DNA of 64,000 nucleotides from assembly GCA_963668545.1 (NCBI GenBank), contig OY764868.1:1426065-1490064 (forward strand), written 5' to 3'. A program made the position numbers and the translations under genes. The notes below the pieces were generated by a model. That model was given only the letters and a program-made list of their open reading frames with translations, made no database searches and had not been told where the DNA came from. Source of the stretch: Spirochaetia bacterium. GTDB lineage: Bacteria; Spirochaetota; Spirochaetia; CADAEX01. Positions 16,511 through 25,309 of this stretch are shown piece by piece; the first letter of the stretch is position 1; each line of letters starts with the position of its first letter.

Positions 16511-19168
16511 ATGTCAGAAAAATTTGTTTATTTCTTTGGTGGAGGATCTGCTGACGGTAAGGCAGAAATGAAGGAACTTCTCGGGGGAAAGGGTGCCAAC
16601 CTTGCTGAGATGACTAATCTCGGTATTCCGGTTCCTCCCGGATTTACTATTTCAACAGGTGTATGTAAATCTTATTATGACAATAATAAAACTTACACAG
16701 ATGCTGTTAAAGAGCAGGTTGCAGAAAATGTAGCAAAGCTTGAAAAAGTATTGGGACAGAAATTTGGAGATCCTTCCAATCCATTATTAGTATCTGTAAG
16801 ATCAGGTGCTGCAGTTTCAATGCCTGGTATGATGGATACAGTTCTCAACCTCGGTCTTACAGACGAAGTTGTTGAAGCTGTTGCAAAATCAACTGGAAAT
16901 CCGAGATTTGCATGGGATGCATACAGAAGATTCATCCAGATGTTCGGTGATGTTGCAATGGGTGTTCCTCATCACGACTTTGAAGAAATTCTTGCAGGTG
17001 TAAAAAAAGAAAAAGGTGTAACAGAAGACCTTGATCTTGATGCAGATGATCTTAAAGAAGTTGTTACAAGATACAAAAAAGCATACAAAGACTACCTGAA
17101 GGAAGATTTTCCTCAGGATCCTATGACACAGCTCTGGGCAGCTATTGATGCTGTATTCGGTTCATGGAACAACCCGAGAGCAATCAAATACAGAGCAATC
17201 AACGGTATTGTCGGCCTTCTCGGAACAGCTGTAAACGTTCAGTCAATGGTTTTCGGTAACTACGGCGATTCTTCAGGAACAGGTGTATGTTTCTCAAGAG
17301 ACCCCTCTACAGGTGAAAACTACTTCTACGGTGAATACCTGATGAATGCTCAGGGAGAAGATGTTGTTGCAGGTATCAGAACTCCTGAAACACTTGCTTC
17401 ACTTGAAAAAGCAGATCCGAAAATGTATAAAGAACTTGTCGGATACAAAGAAAAACTTGAAGACCACTACAGAGATATGCAGGATATCGAGTTCACAATT
17501 CAGGAAGGAAAACTCTACATTCTCCAGACAAGAAATGCAAAGAGAACAGGTCCTGCTGCTGTAAGATGTGCAGTAGAAATGGTTGAAGAAGGTGCTATAA
17601 CAAAAGAAACAGCTGTTACAAGAGTAACTCCTGATCAGCTTGATCAGCTTCTCCATCCGATGATTGACAAGAAAACAAAGGGTTCTCTCGAACTTCTTGC
17701 TAAAGGTCTCAATGCTTCTCCAGGCGCTGCATGCGGTCAGGTTGTTTTTACAGCAGATGAAGCAGAAAAATGGGTAGAAGAGGGCAAGAAAGTTCTCCTC
17801 GTGAGAAGGGACACATCTCCTGAAGATATCGGCGGTATGGTAGTTGCTGAAGGTATTCTCACTTCAACAGGCGGTATGACTAGTCATGCAGCTGTAGTTG
17901 CAAGAGGTATGGGTACTCCCTGTGTTGCAGGCTGTAAAGAACTTGATATTACAAATAAAACAATCAAGGTTAAAGGCAAGGAAATCAAAGAAGGTGACTG
18001 GCTTACAATTGACGGATCAACCGGTGAAGTATTCAACGGTGAAGTTCCTCTTGTAGAAGTTACTTTTGATGAAAGACTTACAAAATTCCTCTCATGGGCT
18101 GATGAAATAAGACTTTCTGCTGAAAGAAAGGGACTTCCTAAAGGTTTCCTCGTAAGAACAAATGCTGACCAGCCGCATGATGCAAAAGTTGCAAGAGATT
18201 TCGGTGCTGAAGGTATAGGTCTCTGCAGAACTGAGCACATGTTCTTTGAAGGTGATAAACTCCAGTCATTCCAGGAAATGATTGTTGCAAAAGATGTTGC
18301 AGACAGAAAAAAAGCTCTTGCTAAAATACTTCCACTTCAGATTACTGACTTTGCAGGTATTTTTGAGGCAATGGATGGTCTTCCTGTAACTGTAAGACTT
18401 CTTGATCCGCCTCTTCATGAGTTTGTTCCACATACAGACGAAGATATAAAAGCACTTGCTTCTACAATTGGTATAACTGCTGCTGAACTCAAATCAAAAG
18501 TTGATTCACTCCACGAACTCAACCCGATGCTTGGTCACAGGGGATGCCGACTTGGTATTTCTTTTCCTGAAATCTATGATATGCAGGTTGAAGCTATCAT
18601 GACAGCTGCATGTGAGCAGACAAAGAAAGGAATAAAAGTTCTTCCTGAAATCATGATTCCTCTTGTAGGAACATATGTGGAACTCAAGATGCTCAGAGAA
18701 AATGCGGAAAAAGTTATTGCTTCTGTATTTGAAAAACTGGGAATAAAAGTTGACTACAAGATCGGTACAATGATTGAGATTCCAAGAGCTGCTATTACAG
18801 CAGACGAAGTTGCTAAATATGCAGACTTCTTCTCATTCGGTACTAACGACCTTACACAGATGACTTTCGGATACTCACGAGATGATATCGGCGGATTCCT
18901 CCCGGATTACCTCGGACAGGGTGTGCTTGAAAGAGATCCTTTCCAGGCTATAGATCAGAGCGGTGTTGGCGTGCTTGTTGATATGGCTGCAAAAAAATCA
19001 AGAGCTCTCAAACCTGAGATCAAACTTGGTATCTGCGGTGAGCACGGCGGTGAAGGTTCTTCAATCGAATTCTGCTACAGAACAGGGCTTAACTATGTTT
19101 CATGTTCTCCATACAGAGTTCCGCTTGCAAGGCTTTCTGCAGCTCAGGCTGTACTCAAGAACAGATAA
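16511..19168 (+). CDS. ppdK: pyruvate, phosphate dikinase
   Basis: 885 aa. ATP-grasp N-terminus, phospho-histidine swivel domain (GGMTSHAAVVARGMG) and PEP-utilising TIM-barrel C-terminus (GICGE). Confidence 0.95.
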   Translation: MSEKFVYFFGGGSADGKAEMKELLGGKGANLAEMTNLGIPVPPGFTISTGVCKSYYDNNKTYTDAVKEQVAENVAKLEKVLGQKFGDPSNPLLVSVRSGAAVSMPGMMDTVLNLGLTDEVVEAVAKSTGNPRFAWDAYRRFIQMFGDVAMGVPHHDFEEILAGVKKEKGVTEDLDLDADDLKEVVTRYKKAYKDYLKEDFPQDPMTQLWAAIDAVFGSWNNPRAIKYRAINGIVGLLGTAVNVQSMVFGNYGDSSGTGVCFSRDPSTGENYFYGEYLMNAQGEDVVAGIRTPETLASLEKADPKMYKELVGYKEKLEDHYRDMQDIEFTIQEGKLYILQTRNAKRTGPAAVRCAVEMVEEGAITKETAVTRVTPDQLDQLLHPMIDKKTKGSLELLAKGLNASPGAACGQVVFTADEAEKWVEEGKKVLLVRRDTSPEDIGGMVVAEGILTSTGGMTSHAAVVARGMGTPCVAGCKELDITNKTIKVKGKEIKEGDWLTIDGSTGEVFNGEVPLVEVTFDERLTKFLSWADEIRLSAERKGLPKGFLVRTNADQPHDAKVARDFGAEGIGLCRTEHMFFEGDKLQSFQEMIVAKDVADRKKALAKILPLQITDFAGIFEAMDGLPVTVRLLDPPLHEFVPHTDEDIKALASTIGITAAELKSKVDSLHELNPMLGHRGCRLGISFPEIYDMQVEAIMTAACEQTKKGIKVLPEIMIPLVGTYVELKMLRENAEKVIASVFEKLGIKVDYKIGTMIEIPRAAITADEVAKYADFFSFGTNDLTQMTFGYSRDDIGGFLPDYLGQGVLERDPFQAIDQSGVGVLVDMAAKKSRALKPEIKLGICGEHGGEGSSIEFCYRTGLNYVSCSPYRVPLARLSAAQAVLKNR

Positions 19169-19186
19169 TCTGAAAAGATTTAAAAC

Positions 19187-19218
19187 AGGGCAGGGGATTC
19201 GAGTCTCCTGCCTTTTTT
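19187..19218 (+). terminator. rho-independent terminator of ppdK
   Basis: GC-rich imperfect stem GGCAGGGGATTC/GAGTCTCCTGCC followed by TTTTTT. Confidence 0.75.
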
Positions 19219-19284
19219 AGTTACAGGATGTAACTATCCCGAGTGCGCAGGGATGCGCAAAAACGAGGGAGTTACAGGATGTAA
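19219..19284 (+). repeat. two perfect 15-bp direct repeats AGTTACAGGATGTAA (19219-19233 and 19270-19284) flanking a GCGCAgggaTGCGC palindrome; degenerate third copy near 19337
   Basis: Seen directly in the sequence. Lies between the ppdK terminator and the endonuclease III-like gene. Confidence 0.6.
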
Positions 19285-19394
19285 TATTATACCTGGCACA
19301 GAATCCTGAGTGAGGTGTGCGCAATAGGCACAGGGTTAGACAGGATGTCTTCACTGTAGGGTTATGGAAAGCGATAAAAGAGTTTTGTATTAAC

Positions 19395-20129
19395 ATGAAA
19401 GAAATAATAGGCCCTGATGAATTATACAGTGAATTATACAATCATTACGGTCCGCAGGGATGGTGGCCTGTTATTATTGAAGACCATCAGTTTGAAAAGG
19501 ATAACCGGGGATATCACAAAGAAAACCCTGTTTTTGAAACCAGCTTAAAAGATAAATTTGAAATAATAACAGGTGCGGTGCTTACACAGAATACAGCCTG
19601 GAAAAACGTTGAAAAATGCCTGATGAAGCTTAAGGAAAACAGTATTGATTCTGCTGGGTTGTTTCTTGAAAAGGATGAAAATGATATAAAGTCACTTATT
19701 AAATCATCAGGTTATTATAACCAGAAATATAAAAAGCTGAAAATTGTAATGGAATATCTTTGTGCAAAAGGTTACCTGACTGATAAAAAAAATTATGAAA
19801 ACAGGATTCCCGAAAGAAGCGGACTTGTAGATCTCTGGGGAATAGGGGAAGAAACAGCTGATTCAATACTTCTGTATGCATTCAATGTCCCCACCTTTGT
19901 TATTGATATGTATACAAAACGTCTTACCGAAAGATTAAATCCGGACCTTAAAATGAAGAGTTATAAGGAATATAAAAAGTATTATGAAAATAATCTTGAC
20001 AGGGATGTAGAACTATATAATGAATATCATGCACTGGTAGTTAAACATTGTGTGGAGAAATGCAGAAAAAAGCCTATCTGCAGTATGTGCTTTCTAAAAG
20101 AAAGGTGTTCATATTACCAAATAAGTTGA
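19395..20129 (+). CDS. endonuclease III-like HhH-GPD DNA glycosylase with Fe-S cluster loop
   Basis: HhH-GPD motifs (LTQNTAWKNVEK; LWGIGEETADSILLYAF) and a C-terminal Cys cluster (CVEKCRKKPICSMCFLKERC). The ORF-track start at 19317 is probably upstream read-through, with the real start at MKEIIG (19395). Confidence 0.7.
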   Translation: MKEIIGPDELYSELYNHYGPQGWWPVIIEDHQFEKDNRGYHKENPVFETSLKDKFEIITGAVLTQNTAWKNVEKCLMKLKENSIDSAGLFLEKDENDIKSLIKSSGYYNQKYKKLKIVMEYLCAKGYLTDKKNYENRIPERSGLVDLWGIGEETADSILLYAFNVPTFVIDMYTKRLTERLNPDLKMKSYKEYKKYYENNLDRDVELYNEYHALVVKHCVEKCRKKPICSMCFLKERCSYYQIS

Positions 20130-20241
20130 TTTATATAAATAATATATATAAGTAGACAGAATATACATTATCGGAAGCAATAATGAATTCAGCCGGTAAA
20201 ATAAAAAGCTGAATATTCTATTTGGTTTACAGGTAAACTGA

Positions 20242-20523
20242 TTATTTCTTTTCGCTTACCTTGTGGTATATGTAGATTACTGTCATTGATACAACAAGCG
20301 GAGGGAAAATATTTACAACGCCGTTTACCTTTGTAAGAGCATCAATAATCCATTTAAAATAATATTCAATTATTGCACCGAGGAATGAACCGATAATGGA
20401 GACAATAAGCACTCCCCAGAAGTTTCCTATAAAAGCCTTGTTGAAGACATAAAAGAAAACAAGAGCTGTTCCGAAACCAATAAGCAGGTAAACAAGCGCT
20501 ATATTAAAGTAGTAAGAAAACAT
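20242..20523 (-). CDS. small integral membrane protein (possibly GlsB/YeaQ/YmgE-like)
   Basis: 93 aa, three hydrophobic helices, Gly-rich. Confidence 0.4.
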   Translation of the reverse strand: MFSYYFNIALVYLLIGFGTALVFFYVFNKAFIGNFWGVLIVSIIGSFLGAIIEYYFKWIIDALTKVNGVVNIFPPLVVSMTVIYIYHKVSEKK

Positions 20524-20544
20524 AAAATCTGCCTCAATAATTTT

Positions 20545-21237
20545 TTAATATGTTATGTAACCAAGCCATACAGGCTTGCTGTAGATATTATATACATTGT
20601 CATCTTTGCCGTATGCAAAAACATACATTGAAAGAGCAAGTTGTCCTGATGATCTGTCAGAATCACCAGAAACATGATCAGCCGGTATAAAAGTTTTATA
20701 TTCAGTTTTTCCGGAAGTTGAATTATACTGTGTAATATTTCTTCTAAGGGTTCTATCAGAATAACCTGAGTATTCAACTCTTGGAGCTGTATCAGAAGAA
20801 ACCTCATCAAAATATACTGTAAGTGTAAAGGATGTATCCCTGTCTGAATAATCAACAGGAATCATCGGATAAGTTGTGGTTTCCTCTGTTGTGAGAACTG
20901 TGTTTAATCTTCTATACCCTACATTTTTAAGATCATCAGGTTCAGGCTCTGATGTGTTGAATATTTTTTTATCATCATCTGCAATTTCAGAATGACTGTT
21001 ATAGTATTTATAGTAAATCTCGTAACCCCTGAATACTTCAGGATCATTATCTGATCTGTTGTATATTAAAGCTGAACTGGGAATACCCGGTTCAAAAGTG
21101 GTTACATTGGGAGCTGACAGATACGGAGATGTATAAAGACCGCAGGATGACGTAAATATTGTAATGAGTATAAATATTTTTAAATGTAAGAAAAAATTAC
21201 GGGGTATCATACCCTCCCTTGACATCAAGAAGCTCAT
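20545..21237 (-). CDS. hypothetical lipoprotein
   Basis: 230 aa. N-terminal hydrophobic segment ending in SSCG (lipobox-like), then a Tyr/Ser/Asp-rich domain. The 5' end overlaps the cyclase 3' end. Confidence 0.45.
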   Translation of the reverse strand: MSFLMSREGMIPRNFFLHLKIFILITIFTSSCGLYTSPYLSAPNVTTFEPGIPSSALIYNRSDNDPEVFRGYEIYYKYYNSHSEIADDDKKIFNTSEPEPDDLKNVGYRRLNTVLTTEETTTYPMIPVDYSDRDTSFTLTVYFDEVSSDTAPRVEYSGYSDRTLRRNITQYNSTSGKTEYKTFIPADHVSGDSDRSSGQLALSMYVFAYGKDDNVYNIYSKPVWLGYITY

Positions 21238-23587
21238 AGATGAGTACAGGTTTGTTTTTACCCTTAACCCTTATATTGTCAAGTTCCCTTACAACAACAT
21301 GTTCATTTACAAGTGCATGAGTGAACTCACTGATTATGACATTTGTTTTATACTGCTTGTTTGTACCTTCAAGCCTTGCACCGAGGTTTACATTATCACC
21401 CATAAGTGTGTAGTTCATTCTACCCATGGATCCCATGTTTCCTACTGTCATTACACCGGAATTAAGACCGATACCGATATTAATCCTTTTTTCTTCAGGC
21501 CATCCTTCATTCAGCTTGTGAAGTGCATCCATCTGTTTTAAGGCGCACTTGCATGCGAATAATGCATGTTCCTCCTGAGGAATCGGGGCACCCCAGAAGC
21601 ACATTATTTCATCCCCTACATACTTATCAAGTGTACCGTTAAACTCAAGGATTATATCTGTCATTGCTGTCAGATAAATATTAAGATGGTTTACAAGTTC
21701 CTGAGGTGTCATGGTTTCTGAAAGGGTTGTAAATCCCCTGATATCTGAAAAAAGAACTGTAAGGTTTTTGTCAACACCACCGAGTTCGGGAGGATTATCG
21801 AGAATCTGATCAACTACTGCAGGACTTACATATTTACCGAACATGTTCTTAATCCTTTTCTTGTCCTTTTCCTCTGTCATAACCCTGTAGATTACAATAG
21901 ATATGAAAGTAAGCGATCCTCCCAACGCAGGAGACGGGAAATCAAGTACTATGTTGAAATTGTCAAATATGATACTAGTTGTTATGAAATAGGCCGCTAT
22001 TGAAACAATTGAAAAAAGTGCTGCCCAGAGGGTTGATAGCCTTGAAGTAACTATAGCCGTAATAAAAACAAGAATAAACAGTAATAAAACATTTACCCAT
22101 TTGTCCACTTCTGTAATAAATTTATTCATTATAATGGTGTTCAGTGAGTTTGCATGTATCTCGACACCATACATGAGTCCGTAAGGTGTTGTTTTTTCAT
22201 CTGCTGCAATACCTCTTGCGAACGGGCCTGTCATGAGGATCTTGTTACCGACAGCTTTTGTTTTCGGCCATTTTGAAGGATCAGGACCAGGGGATTTCGC
22301 AGCATATCCTGAATAGGACCTGATTGGAAATGTCTGGTGTCCTCCGGGGTCTGCAGTTGAAGGATTTCCCATGAAATTTATAAGCATCTGTCCATGTTCA
22401 TCTATCGGGATAATAATATCATCAAGAACCTTTTCAACTCCCGGTTTCTTTAAAGAGCCGTCTTTATTATATTTAGGCTGTTTAACAGTTATCCTGTAAG
22501 GTTCCCATGACTGCTTTTCCGTATTGTAGACTTCAGGTGACGGTATTTTTATGTATTCCCCTACTTTCACCTCAAGATCTTCAGGCGATTTGTTGAAATA
22601 CTGCATAGCAAGAGAAAGAGTTATTGAAGGAACAAATGTGTCTTTGTATTTTTTTACAATAAAGTAATAACTGTCCTGCCCTTCTGCAGTTTTTGATTTA
22701 ATTGGAGGAGAATTTGTCTGTATAGTATTTTTAAGATCTGTAATCTGTTCCTCTGTAAGCGGATACTTTATCGGGTGATCAATTCCATTAATATCAGTCC
22801 ATCCCAGTCTTTCAAAGTTTTTGTGATCAATGGTAAAGGATGGAGAAAGTTCTTCCAGATTAATTACATCCATAAGAATGGACGATTTTGAAATTAGACC
22901 CTGTCTTCTGTAGACCTTGTCGAAGTCTTCCCTGAAATTTGCATGCCCGTAACCCCTGCATGCTCTTGCAAGAGGCTGAAGAGGCGGCTGAAGACCTGTA
23001 TATGAGCTGATTGTATGCCAGTTCCCTTCGATATTTGTTATTCTGCCGTAGTTGTCATAAAGAAGTTCCTGTCTTTTTACATAATCGTCACGGATGGCAT
23101 CTGACGGTGGTACTTCGTCCAGGACTGTTTCAAGAAAAACATTTCCGTTTTCCTTGATAGCTTCAACAAGAAGAGCATCATCGTAGGCTTTTCTTTCATC
23201 AGGTTCAATGAAAAAAACGTCAATAAATAATGCCCTTTCCCGTTCATTCTGGTTCTGTATCCTGGAAAAGGACTTTATAAGGTCTGCATGTCTGTATCTC
23301 GGAAAAGGCCATTTTCCGAATTTGTTGAGACTTCTGAAATCTATACCGACTATCATTATATCCGGTGATATATTCGGATTCTGTACAGACTGAGTTACAC
23401 CTTCCTGGATATAGGTTTTCTGTGAGACATTTTTAAGGTAAAAATTGACATCAAGCATTTTCAACTTAAGCTTATTGGTAATATCAGTAAAGTTATCAAC
23501 ACCGATTATAAGGAAAAATATAAAAAGTGCTATTATTATACCGAATATCTTTGTTTCAAATACTTTTATAGATCCCTTTTTACCCAC
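21197..23587 (-). CDS. CHASE2-sensor class III adenylate/guanylate cyclase
   Basis: 796 aa. N-terminal TM, large periplasmic region, TM cluster, then cyclase homology domain (LTVLFSDIRGFTTLSE...KYVGDEIMCFWGAP...GIGLNSGVMTVGNMGS). Confidence 0.85.
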   Translation of the reverse strand: MGKKGSIKVFETKIFGIIIALFIFFLIIGVDNFTDITNKLKLKMLDVNFYLKNVSQKTYIQEGVTQSVQNPNISPDIMIVGIDFRSLNKFGKWPFPRYRHADLIKSFSRIQNQNERERALFIDVFFIEPDERKAYDDALLVEAIKENGNVFLETVLDEVPPSDAIRDDYVKRQELLYDNYGRITNIEGNWHTISSYTGLQPPLQPLARACRGYGHANFREDFDKVYRRQGLISKSSILMDVINLEELSPSFTIDHKNFERLGWTDINGIDHPIKYPLTEEQITDLKNTIQTNSPPIKSKTAEGQDSYYFIVKKYKDTFVPSITLSLAMQYFNKSPEDLEVKVGEYIKIPSPEVYNTEKQSWEPYRITVKQPKYNKDGSLKKPGVEKVLDDIIIPIDEHGQMLINFMGNPSTADPGGHQTFPIRSYSGYAAKSPGPDPSKWPKTKAVGNKILMTGPFARGIAADEKTTPYGLMYGVEIHANSLNTIIMNKFITEVDKWVNVLLLFILVFITAIVTSRLSTLWAALFSIVSIAAYFITTSIIFDNFNIVLDFPSPALGGSLTFISIVIYRVMTEEKDKKRIKNMFGKYVSPAVVDQILDNPPELGGVDKNLTVLFSDIRGFTTLSETMTPQELVNHLNIYLTAMTDIILEFNGTLDKYVGDEIMCFWGAPIPQEEHALFACKCALKQMDALHKLNEGWPEEKRINIGIGLNSGVMTVGNMGSMGRMNYTLMGDNVNLGARLEGTNKQYKTNVIISEFTHALVNEHVVVRELDNIRVKGKNKPVLIYELLDVKGGYDTP

Positions 23588-23602
23588 TTGTATGTCTCCT
23601 TG

Positions 23603-24298
23603 TTATTTTATCAATTCAGAAGCTTTCAGGTAAATTATACGGTCTCTGGCAAAATTTGTCCAACCACTATTTGAATAATTGTCGACGATCTCTGAATAGC
23701 TTTTCAGAGCTTTATCATAGTTTTCCGAAGATTCAGAAAGCCTTCCTATTGAAAAAAGAATTCCCGGAATATCAGGATAGGAATCTGAATATTTATCTTT
23801 TACAGATTCATATGTTTTAAGAGCTTCATCATAATTACCAAGTTCCTCGCTGCAGACACCGCTGTTGTAAAGAGCAATAGGAGCAAGATAAGTATCGGAA
23901 TACCTTTCTGCATATGCCTTGAATGACTCAGAGGATTTCTCATATTCCTTTCTTGCAAAATAGATATTGCCTTTCATGAAAACAGCCCTCTGTCCTGCAT
24001 AAAAGGAAGGATATTCCTTTATAAGTGAATCAAGAGAGTCGATTATTTTTTTAATATCATCATCTGACAGATCGCCGTCTTTTTCTGAAAGAAGATTGGA
24101 ATAATCTGTCTGGATTTTTTCAATTGCAAGTGCAGATTCTTCATTTTTGCCGGATTTGAAGTTAATTGAAACAGCTATACTTGAAACTGCAATTACAATA
24201 AGGACTGAAAAGATTATAATAATTTTACTGTAGTTTGAAAGAAAACTGTTCAGGCTGTTTAATATTTTATCTTTTCCTGTAATTTCATCCTGGTGCAT
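23603..24298 (-). CDS. membrane-anchored TPR-repeat protein
   Basis: 231 aa. One N-terminal TM helix (IIIFSVLIVIAVSSIAVSI) followed by TPR-like repeats (AGQRAVFMKGNIYFARKEYEKS...). Confidence 0.55.
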   Translation of the reverse strand: MHQDEITGKDKILNSLNSFLSNYSKIIIIFSVLIVIAVSSIAVSINFKSGKNEESALAIEKIQTDYSNLLSEKDGDLSDDDIKKIIDSLDSLIKEYPSFYAGQRAVFMKGNIYFARKEYEKSSESFKAYAERYSDTYLAPIALYNSGVCSEELGNYDEALKTYESVKDKYSDSYPDIPGILFSIGRLSESSENYDKALKSYSEIVDNYSNSGWTNFARDRIIYLKASELIK

Positions 24299-25309
24299 TT
24301 AATACTCCTTGTTGTTAAATATATCAAGCTCTTTTATAAGCCTGGATAAGTATGTTCTCTGGATACCTAGCATATCTGCAGTTTTCATCTGGTTCCAGTT
24401 ATTGTACTTCAACGCTTTTATAATATAATTTTTTTTGAAATTTGTAACAGCTTTTTTTAGCGGTATTACAGTTTTTTTTAAATCGCTGCAGGAATCAAGT
24501 ATTATATCGCTTTCTTTTAAAGATGTATCAGCAGATAATACTGCTCTGTAAAGTGTGTTGAAAAGCTCCCTTACATTGCCGGGCCAGTCATATGATAATA
24601 GCTTGTCCATTGCAGAACTGTCTATTGTCCTTTCAGAGAATCCGGTTTTATTCAGAAAGTATTCTGCTAGATCAGGTATATCTTCCCTGTGATCCCTCAG
24701 GGGGGGTATTTCAAGGTTTAGAACATTTATCCTGTAAAGAAGCTCTTTTTTGAAATTTCCATCTGAAATTTCCTTATTGATATTTCTGTTTGTCGCTGCA
24801 ATAATTCTGACATCAATCTTCAGGGGATGTTCTGACCCTATCGGATATATTTCCCCATTTTCAATAACCCGCAATAAACTGGACTGTATATTCAACGGCA
24901 TTTCAAAAAGTTCATCTAGAAATATTGTGCCCTTATCAGCAGTCTGAAACCTTCCTTTTCTATCACGGGAGGCATCGGTAAAGGATCCCTTGAGATGTCC
25001 GAAAAGTTCTGTTTCAAAAAGATTTTCAGGTATTGAAGCACAGTTTATTTTTATGAAAGGTCTGTTTTTTCTTACGCTTTCAGAATGGATATAATCAGCA
25101 AAAATATCTTTTCCTGAACCGCTTTCTCCTGTAATAAGTACAGGAGCATCAGAAAGTGCAATTTTCTTTGCTTTGAGTAATGTTTTTTGTATTGTATTTC
25201 CGGAACCTGTTATTTTCTGATCTGTATAAAAAACAGGCAGCACCCGGTCAGGCTTGTCTGATGCTGAATTAGTGCTGCCTTTATCATTGAGATGATTATT
25301 AGTTGTCAC
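24299..25309 (-). CDS. sigma54-interacting AAA+ activator lacking an N-terminal sensory/receiver domain (PspF/HrpS-like architecture)
   Basis: 336 aa. Walker A GESGSGKD, GSFTDA in place of GAFTGA (GHLKGSFTDA), Walker B/R-finger region, and C-terminal HTH (KTADMLGIQRTYLSRLIKEL). Only about 35 aa precede the AAA+ core. Confidence 0.8.
   Translation of the reverse strand: MTTNNHLNDKGSTNSASDKPDRVLPVFYTDQKITGSGNTIQKTLLKAKKIALSDAPVLITGESGSGKDIFADYIHSESVRKNRPFIKINCASIPENLFETELFGHLKGSFTDASRDRKGRFQTADKGTIFLDELFEMPLNIQSSLLRVIENGEIYPIGSEHPLKIDVRIIAATNRNINKEISDGNFKKELLYRINVLNLEIPPLRDHREDIPDLAEYFLNKTGFSERTIDSSAMDKLLSYDWPGNVRELFNTLYRAVLSADTSLKESDIILDSCSDLKKTVIPLKKAVTNFKKNYIIKALKYNNWNQMKTADMLGIQRTYLSRLIKELDIFNNKEY

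Noticed and set aside
19293-19310. TGGCAC hexamer (ctggcacagaatcctga) upstream of the endonuclease III-like gene, considered as a second sigma54 promoter
   Set aside because: The -12 element is absent. The sequence 5 nt downstream is CCTGA, not TTGC. Only the -24 half matches.
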